This document shows positions 38,286-50,300 of a stretch of 64,000 bases of DNA, in pieces. How positions within the stretch are numbered: position 1 is the stretch's first letter; each line of letters begins with the position of its first letter. The DNA comes from Azolla caroliniana. Lineage: Eukaryota; Plantae; Polypodiophyta. The notes beneath the pieces were generated by a model. The model did not search any database and had not been told where the DNA came from. It saw only the letters and a program-made list of their open reading frames with translations. The stretch lies in NCBI GenBank assembly GCA_043228905.1, contig JBHGNT010000001.1:20894001-20958000 (forward strand), given 5' to 3'. Position numbers and translations under genes: made by a program.

Positions 38286-41112
38286 CATAGTACGTAAAAT
38301 TTGTGTTCGTCTGCCATATCATTCGTTTTCCTACGTTGGAAAACGAACACGAATGATATTCAAATATTCGTGTGTTTTCTTTTTTCCTTTTTTTTTCTTT
38401 TTTCCCTCTTTTTCCCCCTTTTCCCCCTTTTCCTCTGCACATCAACATAACGTTACGCTCTCCTCTCCTCTCCCACCTAGCCTCGAATGATCTGCATACC
38501 AATGAGATTCAACCTTCAGGTATATTTAGGGTTAATATTAAATAATAGGGTTTAAAGTTCTGTAATGAAATTTCTGAAATTTCTATAATGAAATTATTCT
38601 ATAATTTCTGTAATTATTCTATAAAGCTTGTAATTGCTTTAATTTGTCTATAAATTCTATCATTTTGAAGTAATTCGTGTAATGTCTATACACACATACT
38701 AACCTATGTAGTACAAAATTTATACACACAAAAATTACAATAAATAGATTTTGATATTTACGTTTTACATTAATTTAGGAACTAATAGGTAGACAAAATG
38801 GCCTGGAGTGGGAACATGTTCTAATTCAAGTAAAGAATGCAAAAGGAACGCATTTGATGAAATGAAAATATTGTAATCATGTCTTTGTTGGTGGCCCTCA
38901 TCGAATTAAGGCCCATATATTGGGAATAAGAGGACAAGGTGTAGAAAAATGCACAAAAGCAAGCGATATCATGAGGAGTCAATTAAAAAATGCAATGGAT
39001 CATGGAAATGATCACTTGAATTCAGATGTACAAACAGATGCAAATAGTAATACTATTGTTAATGCTAATGCAGATGCGTCTATAGATGCCTCTATTTCTA
39101 GTTCCATTTCAATGAATAAAATGGCTACTAAAAAGCAAAAAATAGAGACGAGTGGTTCACTCCCAATGTCTTTTGAATTGTCATTGAGGAAACAAGCAGA
39201 AGAGGCTATTGCAAGATTTTTTTATGCGGAAGATATTGCACATTGGAAAGTGGAAAGCTCATTTTTCCATGATATGCTTATGGTTGTTTCAAAAGTGGGT
39301 CCTTCGTTTAAAGCACCTTCTGCTTATCAACTGCGTAAGAAATATCTTAATGGAGAAGTTGTAAATGTTGAGCATGATCTTATATTGTTGAAAGAGAGTT
39401 GGAAGACATATGGATGCACTATTGTTAGTGATGGTTGGTCAGACACTAGAAATAGACCAATTATTAATGTTTTAGCTTCTTCACTACATGGTACAATGTT
39501 TTTGAAATCAATATATACAAGTGGTCAGGTCAAAACAGGTGAATACATATTCAAAATTTTGAAAGATGTTATTCTTGAAGTTGAACCATCAAATGTAGTT
39601 CAAGTTTGTATGGATAATGCTGCAAATTGTGTGGTTGCGGGACATGATAGAAAAGGAGTGGCCATCTATAATTTACACTAGATGCACTTGCCATTGTGTT
39701 GATTTGTTGTTGGATTGATGCCATTTTGCGATCAACTATGAAGATTAGTGGTTTCATAACTAGAAAACAATATGCTTTGGCCATGTTTCGCAAGTTTAGT
39801 GGAAAAGACTTGCTTAAACCTTCTACGACTAGGTTTTCTTACAGTTTTATTGTGTTATCCAATTTGTTGGATGATAAAGTTTATGGTGGTTTGAGAAGAA
39901 TGGTGGTTAGTGAACAATGGTGCAATTGGAATGGTGCCAAAACAAAGAAAGCAGAAGAGATGGTTTCAATTGTATTGGATGCTAACTTTTGGGCAGATGT
40001 AAAGATGATTGTGAAGGTATGCAAACCAATTTTAAAGCTTCTTCATTTGATTGATAGGGAAGGTGCTACAATGGGATTGATTTATCAATTTAAACAACAA
40101 ATGTTGATGGAGATAAAAAATATGACAGATATTGATCCTATGAAGCTTGATGAAATAAAAGAGTGTTGCATACATAGACTAACAATGTTGGAATCGCCAT
40201 TGCATGCAGCGGGATATGACTTGCATCCATTATGGACAGCAAATTATCAAGAAATAGATCATGATTTACAAATGGGCTAGATGAAAACAATCATGCTTTA
40301 TGCTAGTGGTAATATAGTTTTACAAAATGCTTTGTTAGATGAGTTTTATGCATATAGAAAACAAGAATAAGATTTGTTTCAAGTTCCATTTGCAAAGGAT
40401 GCTAATAGATTAAGCACACCAATCAAATGGTGGGAAACTTTTGGAGCAAGCACTCCCAATTTGAAGAAACTTACAATTAGAGTGTTATCTCAAGGTACAA
40501 GTGCATCGTCTTGTGAAAGGAATTGGGGTACATTTTCATTAATACATACTAAAAGGAGAAATAGATTGAGTTCAAATCATGTGCAAAAATTGGTTTTTTT
40601 GCACACAAATCTTCGTATTCTTAAGAAGATTAAAGAAAGAGGTTTCAATCATATTGAGGTTACTATTGACATGATTGAGAAAGAAAATGATGAAGAACGA
40701 TTATTGGTGTTGCAAAGTGAACAAGAAGCACAAGAAGTTGATGAAAATGAGAGCCTCACCAATGTGATGGCTTATCTTGATGATGATGCACAAGATGAGG
40801 ATGATGATTTTGAAGATGATGATATCACCTTGAATGAAGATTAGGAATGCTCGTTTTGATGTAACACCTCATTGAGAATTTTTTTGAAGACTAGGCATTT
40901 TGGATAGTTGTTATTAGAATTTACGAAAAAAGCATATTGTTATTAAGAAGGTAATGTGTTTTTTTTTAGCAATTTTTAAATTTTTTTTACCATGAAAAAA
41001 TATTTACCTTATGGTAAATCATTTATCCAAAAGTATGGTATTTATCATTCTTTGAGGGTGTTTATCATTCTCGAACACGAATTCACAAATGGTACATATG
41101 GTTCATACTATG
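38286..41112 (+). mobile_element. hAT DNA transposon (decayed autonomous type)
   Basis: Short TIRs CATAGTA(C/T)G. 8-bp TSD GTTTTAGG/GTTTCAGG. The host RT reading EKCSFR|CNQVEFLG is restored when the element is removed. Confidence 0.93.
38798..40844 (+). pseudogene. hAT transposase (BED finger, DUF659-like core, hAT C-terminal dimerisation domain)
   Basis: BED-like W...YCNH...RIKAH, CTIVSDGWSD, and WW...P.L...SASSCERNW...RNRL motifs. Interrupted by stops and frameshifts. Confidence 0.9.
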
Positions 41113-44100
41113 GTTTCAGGTGCAACCAAGTAGAATTTTTGGGCTATGTCATTTCCTCGGAAGGCATCTCCATGGATCCAGCTAAGGTCAAAACGGTGGT
41201 AGAGTGGCAAACTCCGCATTCATTGCGAGATGTGCAATGCTTTTTAGGCTTTGCCTATTTTTACCTCAAGTTCATACAGGATTACTCAAAGCTTGTTCTG
41301 CCTCTCACACAACTTACCAGGAAGGGAAAATCGTTCGTTTGGTCTGAAGAAGCGGACATTGCTTTTGAGAGTCTTAAGAAGGCATTTACATCAGCTCCTA
41401 TTTTAGCTCATGTTGATCTAGAAAAACCATTCATCATTGAAGTAGACGCGTCAAATTTCGCCTTGGGTAGCATTCTGTCTGAACAAGGCGATGATGAAAA
41501 GCTACATCCTGTGGGTTTCCGTTCACGCAAGTTTGACGCCGCAAAAATCAACTATGAAATTCATGATAAGGAGCTATTAGCAATAGTGGACTCTTTTACG
41601 CAATGGAGGCATTTTCTAGAGGGGTCTTCTCATCAAGTCATCGTATTCAGTGATCATAAAAACCATGCCTACTTTCAGAATGCTCGTGTGTTAAATCGAC
41701 GTCAAGCTCGGTGGGCCCAATTCCTCACTCGTTTCGAATTCAAAATTACATATCGTCCGGGGAAGCAACAAGGGAAGGCAAATGCATGATCACGGTATTC
41801 GTATCTAGCACCGCGTCCCGGCGAGCCAGCTTTCGATAACCAAAACCAAGTAATCTTGGGATTGGCACGACTACAAGCAACACAAGTCTTCGGCATGCCC
41901 TTGGATTCCCACGTTATCGATACCATACGTGAGGACTTGAAGATAGATGTTTTCGCTCAAGCCATTCTAGCATAAATTGATTCCTCTCGAGCATCTTGTT
42001 CACAATCGCAACAACTAGGTACGGACTATTGACAATTTGAATGTCATGATGGATTACTATTCTTTAAGAAACTCTTGTATATTCCTAATGGTACTTGTCG
42101 CCTTCAAGTAGTCCAAAATTGTCATGACACATATACAATTGGGCATTTTGGTAGTACTAAACACTAGATTTAGTATAACGATCATTCTAGTGGCCCCATA
42201 TACGACAATTTGTCGAAGATTTTGTTCGGACTTGTGATACATGTTGTAGAGAAAAAATGTGAAGGCATCATCCATATGGTTTATTAGAACCATTACCAAT
42301 TCCAAGCAAGTCATGGCAATCCATTTCCCTAGATTTCATCACAGATCTTCTTGTCTCTAAGGGATTCGATGCGATCTTAACAGTAGTAGATCGATATACA
42401 AAGATGGCCCATTTCCTACCATGTACTAAGGAAATCTCCATTGAAGAAACCGCCAAAATTGTCATGCGTGAAGTATGTCGGCATCATGGCCTTCCTGATA
42501 GTATCATCAGCAACCGTGGACCCCAATTCGTCTCGAAGTTCTGGAAGCACCTCTTTAAAATGCTTAAGGTCACTTGTAACCTCTCCTCCAGCTACCACCC
42601 GGCAACAGATGGCCAAGCAGAACGAACAAGTCAAACGTTGGAACAGTATCTTCAGTGCTTTTTAAGGTATCATAAAGATGATTGGGTGGATATTCTCCAC
42701 TTCGCCGAATTTGCGTATAATAACTCTGTCCACTCATCGACAAAGGTGACACCATTTTATGCTTAAATGGGTTGTCACCCCCGGTGATGTTATTTGAACC
42801 AATAGAGAATGTGATCAATGTTCGTGCTCTTTTTTAAGACTTCCATCGTCAATATCCAGACAAACCGGGTCCTCAATCCAAAACAACTCGTGACACTTGT
42901 TGTTTTAAAAGGGGGATAGTGTCATGATATGGCAAGATTCGAACCCATGACCCTATGTTACATGGGTCGAGCTCTTGACCATTAGACGATATGTTGTAAT
43001 ACGAAAGATATTATTTTCATTTAAGTTTTACTATAGAAAATTGATGTATATTCCAGATTTCTCTGGAACATTCTAGAAACTTCAGGAGTACTCTTGAGAA
43101 CACTATAAAAGGAGGCACAAGGCATTATTTCGAACCAAATCGGTTCAATGCCAGTCTTAAGCCTCTTAGCGACTATTGTATATTCCCTTAACATAATATA
43201 TATCTTTTGTTATCCTCATTCTCTCACTCACTCACTCTTTCCTTCTCTTGAGAGTTCTACACCTCCCTTAGTACTAATCCTCATCTTTTAGTACTAATTC
43301 CTTCTCTGTTTTAGTACTGTTCCTGACAGTACTTCTATGTCTTAGTATTGCTCCTGACACCGACCGCCTCCATTGCGTGCCGACCCACCACGTCCACCAC
43401 ACCCACGGGGCCGATCCACCTCCGTGTACAACATCCGGTTGTCCGATTGAGTGGTTTTGGACCCACTCACGTGGTTTTCTTCGACCATCAGCATCGATTG
43501 CAAGTCGAAGAAGGACGGTCGTTTTTCCCGGGTGAGGATAGTTGTCCGGATAGGCCTGTACCTTTGAGCCAGACCATCGAGGCAGATTGGCACCATTTCT
43601 TCCTCGTCTACTGTGACGCAATAGACCCTAATGCGTCGCAAATCTCCTTTGTCTTCGCGGTGTAGTCTGTAACTAACATATCCCTTTGTCGGATATTGTT
43701 CAGTTCCTACTGACGCTGGAGCTTCCGAGCAGAGGTACTTGCTGCAAAAATCTTCTTTAGGTTCTCCCAGGCCTGTTTCGGCGTCTTAGCATCTTTGATG
43801 TAGCTGGTCATCGGGTCGTGCACACAAGATGCGAGACAGTACAACACTCGGCTCGCTCCTTGCTCCCATGCCGGGAAGTCTTTGTGTGCCGGCTCTGGTG
43901 CTACCTCGTTGGTTCCCTCCACATAGCTCTAATATCCATGCCCCAGTAGGTACTAGTGAATTTTATATGACCAGGATGCATAGTTGCTCCGGTTCAGCTT
44001 TTCTGTTGGGAGTGAACTCGCCATACCTCTGTCCATATCTTTCTCTGTTTGTCCTTACCAGGTATTATGGTTTGTCTTCGAAAGCGTATGTCGGTTGCAG

Positions 44101-44582
44101 AGGTTCTCAACCCTCGCCCTCTGATACCATGTTAAAGTAAACATGCGGAAGCGTTCGACAAACCGGCTCAGCCGGATAACAACAGAAGATGAGAAGAAAA
44201 CTTAACACACACAGAGAGTACACGTATGCAAGAGAGACTGAGAGAGAGAGAGACAGAACGTGAAGGTAGATTCAAAAAACAATAGTTCTCTGTGTACATA
44301 CAATGTGCTTACACAACACCATTTATACAAGTCCTTAGAAGGATAAACAGAAGTACAATGTACTTCAATGCTCCTACGAGCGACTGACACTAACTACGAG
44401 ACAACAACTAGTAGTCTAGGCTACTACTAGGCTTCCGGTTCGCACTTGAATCCGGCTCTCCAATCCGTCTCCCCAATCTGGCCGGTTGCTTTCGAATACC
44501 GATGCGGCTCTTGGCTCCGGATGCCGATCTGGCTGAGGCTTATTCAGCCAATCCGGATTTGGTTGAGCTTGCCCGCTCAACA

Positions 44583-45228
44583 AAATTGAAGTGTTGTTGT
44601 TTGCTCTCTCTATCTCTCTCTCACTGTGTATCATTTCTCTATGTTTACCTAACTGTCGAGTTCCAAACAACCAATTGTGTACTCGGTGTCTATCGCACAC
44701 GAATACTTTTACACTCTGTACATACAAGTGTGCTCTATGAGCACTTTTATACAAGTCCTTAAAGGACTGACCAAAGTAATGACAAGTACTTCAATGCTCA
44801 TATTTGAACTCTGCCACTAACTCCTAAAAATATGCCTATCTAATAGGCTAGGGTCACAGACCTCTAACAGCCTACCGGTTACGCACAGATCCGGACACCG
44901 ATCCCGTTCTTGGATCCGATCCGGCTCTTAGCTTGTTCAACTGATCCGGCCCATGTTGAGCTTGTCTGCTCAACAGATATACACAAGAACGAAGAGGAGC
45001 CTCTTCTCCCTTTCGGTGGGAATACACTCAACTTATAACGAGGCCCAAATGGATTGTTACACATGCACATAGCCCAAATGGGATATATACATTTTGCATA
45101 ACCGTTACTCATGACAGCCGCATGGGTGCCTCGCATGCCCCCCCACATGGGAGTGGCTAGGACCGAACCAACTCAAGACTAAACCAGGCTCAGTCGGCCC
45201 CACTCAACATCATATAACTTATTCAACA
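44583..45228. repeat. Stack of truncated LTR ends
   Basis: Termini ...CGCACA (about 44699), ...GTTGAGCTTGTCTGCTCAACA (44975; similar to the F-family LTR) and ...TTCAACA (45228). Confidence 0.55.
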
Positions 45229-45261
45229 TTATGCTAGGATAATAAGTGTAACATTTGTATA

Positions 45262-46881
45262 TAACTATGGGCTTGGTTTCAATCTCATGATGCGGGAAAT
45301 GCATCAAAGGAAATAAGCTCAAGTAAGAATATCAAGAAGATTGAATGATAGGTCAATGGTGTAGTATGAAGGAAAAATAACGAGTCGCATTTAAAAATAA
45401 TAAAAAAGTGTTAGTTCAATTGTTAAGAGCTTGTCAAAGCTTTTTGCTAGCTTCAGGCACCCAAAAAGGGAAAGTAGTGCATATAAGTGAAAATTTTAAA
45501 AACGGGGATGTATGCTAAAATAAAAAAGCACTTGTTGAGGGGGGTTGGAGAAGTGAGAGACGTGGAATCACTACCGAATTCAAAAGCGAAAGAGCTAGGT
45601 TTGTGAATCACAAGGGTGTGCAAAACCAACATCAACAAGAGACGGTGTGGCCGTTGATTGTTGGGATGTTGCACTGAAACTCAAGGATATTCCCCTTAAA
45701 TTCTACACGTGAACTTACCTTCTCCATTTAATATTTTCTTCTTCTTCTCCTCAACGTACCTGAGATTTTCGGGTTTCATTTTTTTCTTCTTCATGAAATT
45801 TAGGGTTCTTAGTTCCTATTTTTTAATTCTGAAAACTATTACTGTTGTAATCATTTACTCCAAAATCTTGTAAACCCTATCTTATAAAGGAAATTTTTTC
45901 CTTAATCTAGCGTTTTCACCCTACAAAGTGGCCAATCTGGATTTAATATTGTAAAATCCATTGGTAATCTCACGTTTTTTGGGATAATCAAGTGTTTCAT
46001 TTTTAAACCCATGCGTTAATTGCTGTTCAAATTGTTGCCTTATCTTTGACTCTCCCTTATCTTCGATTCTGCCTTACCATTGACTCTACCTTACCTTCAA
46101 CTCTAACTTTGCCTTCTCTTCAACTCTGCCTTCCCTTCAACTCTAGAGAGCATTTGACTATGACCAGTTGTTGAGTCTGAACTTTGAAGGGCCTTTAACA
46201 CTGACGAGTTTTCGAGTCTAGAGACCTTTCGACGCCTAGGTGCTTTCGACTTTGACAAGCCTTCGATTCAACCATCCTCTCCGGTTCTCCCCAATGGCTC
46301 CTACTCAGATTTCACTCACACGTGCGTAACGTCGTGATATTGGCTCAAACGGAACCATGGTTTAACAGTTTATCTATTCCAATATAAATAAACGGTTTAG
46401 TTTGATTCAATTATTATTAAATGGTTTGGTTTTAGTTCGGTTTCATTCCAAAACTCGTGTTTATCGGTGTATAGGTTTAAGTGGTTCGGTTTAATGGTTT
46501 ATTAATTTTGGTTAACTTTTCTTATCTCTTTGATTGTTTATTAATTTAATGGTTTAGTTATGGTTTTTTATTGATTTAATTAATTAAACTTAAATGCTTA
46601 TTTAGTTTAGTAATTTTTAAGTTTAATATATTTTTATTTATTCAATTTAATGTATTTTTAGTTATTTAATTTTGTAAATGGTTAGGTTCAAATTTGTGAT
46701 TAATGGTTCGGTTTGGTCTCAACTTTTCCCTAAACTATTTGGTTTGAATGGTTTTTGGTTTACCTTCTCTTAATTGGTTTGGTTTAAGTGGCTTGGGAGT
46801 TCAGAAACACTTTTGTTTGGTTTTGTTTGGCTCGGTTTGGTTTAAGGACAAAGAAACCGAACCAAACCGGGCCCATAGCTA
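45262..46881. mobile_element. Non-autonomous hAT-type element
   Basis: Imperfect TIRs TA(A/G)CTATGGGC..GGTTT. 8-bp TSD TTTGTATA/CTTGTATA. Dense GGTTT/AAACC subterminal repeats at 46350-46870. Confidence 0.75.
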
Positions 46882-47330
46882 CTTGTATAGCTGCTAGAGG
46901 AACACAACGCTAAGAAGTAGGCAAGGTTGAACATGAGAGAATTGAAACGCAAGTGAAAATGGGGGTACCTAACCCCATCTATATACTTTGATGCAATGAG
47001 GTTGCTCAACCTTACATCACATTGCCCATGAAGAAAATGTTGATGATTCACAAAGCCATGATGATTAACATTAGCTTCCCCTTCAACTCTCTCCCAATGA
47101 GGGTGATCCCTCATTTTCTTGTTTGTTGTCATTGCTGGCGAACACATAGTTATGTAACGAGAAACAAATTTTGAAAGATAGGATGATTTTGTGCAGCAGA
47201 TAGCACCGTCTACAAAACAATATTTGCCATTTTTTTTTGTCACATTGATAAAAGAGAAGCCTAACGGTATCCTCTATAGCTAAATTTCTAACCATGACAC
47301 ATATAACAACAATTTTTCACATTCATGTCA

Positions 47331-50300
47331 TTACATTGCAAAGCTCAAATCTCCAACATGTTGAATGTAATTATTATGAAATAGCAACTCTTCCCCATGT
47401 TCACATAAGACATTGTTATATTTATCATCCAAGACTTCTTGGTACACATTTAGGGATGTCATAATAAATCTTTTCGTATCCTCTTCCATGTTAGCACATG
47501 CAAAGATGTTAGCCATGAGCACATATGATGTTGCGCACCATGTATCTAGTTGTGATGCATGATGAAAAGCCAATCTCCCAATCTCAACATTTCCCCACCT
47601 CTTACAAGCACCCAGCACTGAACGCCAGATGGCAGGATAATTTGAGGACGGCATCACTTTAATCACTGACATTGCTTTCTCAAAGTGCCCACCACATCCA
47701 AAAATATCCACAAGGCAAGTTTGATGCTCTAAGGATGGAGTGATGCCATACTCATTGCTCATATTTTGAAATACTATTTGAGCCTCACTCAATAGCCCTG
47801 AACGACTACATGCAGTGAGCAGAGAGAGAAATGATACATTGTCTGGAGAAAGGCCTTCACTTTGCATTTGCTGAAAACAATTCAGAGCTTTATAGCCTTG
47901 TCCTTGTCGGGCATACCCTGCTATCATCACATTCCATGAGACTGTGTTTCTTGTGGGCAGCTCTTCGAGCACTTGTTGTGCTTTTGTGAGCATACCACAT
48001 TTGGCATACATATCCACCAGTGTAGTGCCAAGCACAATATGTCCTCTATCAGCCAGGGTCCTACTCACAATCTTGCTATGTATCTGTATGCCCTTGTCAA
48101 TCGATGATGTATTACCACATGCCTTCAAGACACAAATGGACGTGACCTCATCGGGAGAGAGGCCCTCACATTGCATCCGGTTATAACATTTTAATATTTC
48201 ATGTCCTTGCCCTTGTTGGGAATACCCAGTAATTAGTGCATTCCATGAGACTATATCTCGAATAGGAAGCTCTTCGAGCACATTGTGTGCTTTTACAAGA
48301 ACAGCACATTTGGCATACATATCCACCAAGGCAGTGCCAAGCATGGTATCCTTTTCTATCAAGCCCTTTCTGACAAGCTTTTCGTGGATTTGCTTTCCCT
48401 TGTCCACAGCTCCTATACTACCGCAAGCCTTCAAAACACTAATAAATGTGACCACATTGGGAGAGAAGCCTTCATATTCCATCTGTTCAAAACAGTTCAA
48501 TGCTTCAATGCATAACCCATATTGGGTGTAACCTGAAATCAGCGTGGACCAAGAGATTGCATCTCGAACAGGAAGTCCTTCAAGCAACCTTTGTGCTTCT
48601 GAAAGCAAACCACATCCCACATACATATAAACCAGCGTATTACCAAGCACAACATTTTTCTCCAGCAACCCCTTCTTCACAATCTCTTCATGGATTTTTT
48701 GTCCCTTGTAAACCATTCCAGTTTTGCCACATGCCTTCAATGCAATAATGAAAGTTACAACATTTGGAAAAAGGCCCTCACTTTGCATTTGTTCGAAACA
48801 ATTCAAGGTTTCATAGAATTGGCCTTGTTGGGCATATTGTGCAATTAATGCATTCCAAGAAACTACATTCTGAGCCAGACATTGATCATGCAATTGTATT
48901 CCTTTTGCAAGCAATCTGCAGTCAATGTGCATATTTATATAGGGGACCTTTTCTAGTAATCCTCCCCCCATAATGTCATCCTGTAGTACAGTGACCTTAT
49001 GGGGCTTCATCAATTTCTCACAATTCTTGTTGTGGACATGTTTTCTTTTGAAACAATTGAATAGTTCATGAACTCTGATTAACAAAAACCAAGAGGCCAT
49101 GATTTGCACAGGAGATTCTTTAGACACAAGCAAACTATATTTAGCATACATACCTATCAAAGGAACTCCAAACACAACAAAGTTCTCCAATAAACATCTA
49201 CTCATAATATTACTATGTGTTTGTTGACCTTCGTACATTGCTCTTGCACAGGAACATGCCTTCAGAATTGATATGAATGTGACCACATCCGGGGAAATGT
49301 TCTCAGTTTGCATCACTTCAAAACATTTCAATGCTTGATGGCCATGGCCTTGTTGGGCATATTCTGCAATCAGTGCAGACCAAGTGGCTGTATTTCGAGC
49401 ACAAAGCTCTTCTTTGAACACTTGGTATGCTTTTGCAGGCATTCCACATTTCATATACATATCTAACAAAGTGGTTCCTAGAACGATATCCTTCTCAAGC
49501 CATCTCATACCAGCAATATCTGCATGTATTTGTTTACCATTTTCTAATGCTCCTACATTACCACATGCCTTCAAGACACAAATGAAGGTGACTCCATCTG
49601 GGCACAATCCCTCACTTTGCATTTGTTGTAAACTCTTTAATGCTTCATGTTCATGGCCATACTGTACATATCCTGAAATCAACGCATTCCAAGAAACTAC
49701 ATCTTGAATAGGAAGCTCTTCAAGCACTTCTTGTGCTCTTACAAGCCAACCACATTTTGCATACATATGGACCAATGAATTTCCAAGAAGATTATCTTGT
49801 CCAAGCAAGCCCCTGCTTACAATCTCATCATGAATCTTTATACCTACTTCTAACTCATTTCCTATTGCACAAGCCTTGAGAATGCCAATCAATGAAATAG
49901 AATCCGGAGAGAATCCATCATTTTGCATTTGCTCAAAACACTGGAAAGCTTTATGGCATTGCTCTTCCTCTTGGGCAAACCCTGCAATTAGTGCATTCCA
50001 AGACACTATGTTCCGATGTGGAAGCTTTTCAAGCACTTCTTTTGCCTTTGACAAAATACCACATTTAACATACATATCAATCAAGGCATTGCCAAGCGCA
50101 ACATCCTTTGACAATAAACCTATACTATCAACCTTTACATGGATTTCTTTGCCTTTGTCAATGGCTCTTACGATGCCACAAGCTTTCAGGATGAAAATGA
50201 AGGTGACTATGTTGGGAGAGAAGCCCTCGCATTTCATATGCTCAAATGAGGTTAGCGCTTCACGGCCTTGTCCATGATGAATATGCCCTCCGATTAGTGC

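Larger units (their letters stand above)
35329..43359 (+). mobile_element. Tcn1-like chromovirus H, near full length, interrupted by a hAT transposon
   Basis: TSD CCGGC/CCGAC. LTRs at 35329-35794 and 42920-43359. PPT at 42907-42919. Gag 35891-37011 (CLYCGGPGHIVVNC), protease (LLDSGA) and RT 37038-38285, RH/INT 41121-42770. The chromodomain is mostly deleted. Confidence 0.95.
30917..44582 (-). mobile_element. Ty1/Copia element (related to F), 3'-truncated, split by two chromoviruses
   Basis: 5' LTR 44130-44582. PBS (Met-i) at 44119-44129. Gag pieces at 43360-44035 and 35064-35328 (CWYCGKKGHRESEC). Protease (DSGAS) and INT at 30917-32636. Confidence 0.9.

Noticed and set aside
40992-41120. Novel N-terminus on a 265-aa RT/RNase H ORF
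   Set aside because: Chance in-frame read-through from the hAT 3' end into the interrupted chromovirus pol.
46842-47295. Downstream DYW exon for the PPR gene
   Set aside because: No PG-box, HxE(x)nCxxC or DYW-like terminus is visible in the translated frames provided.
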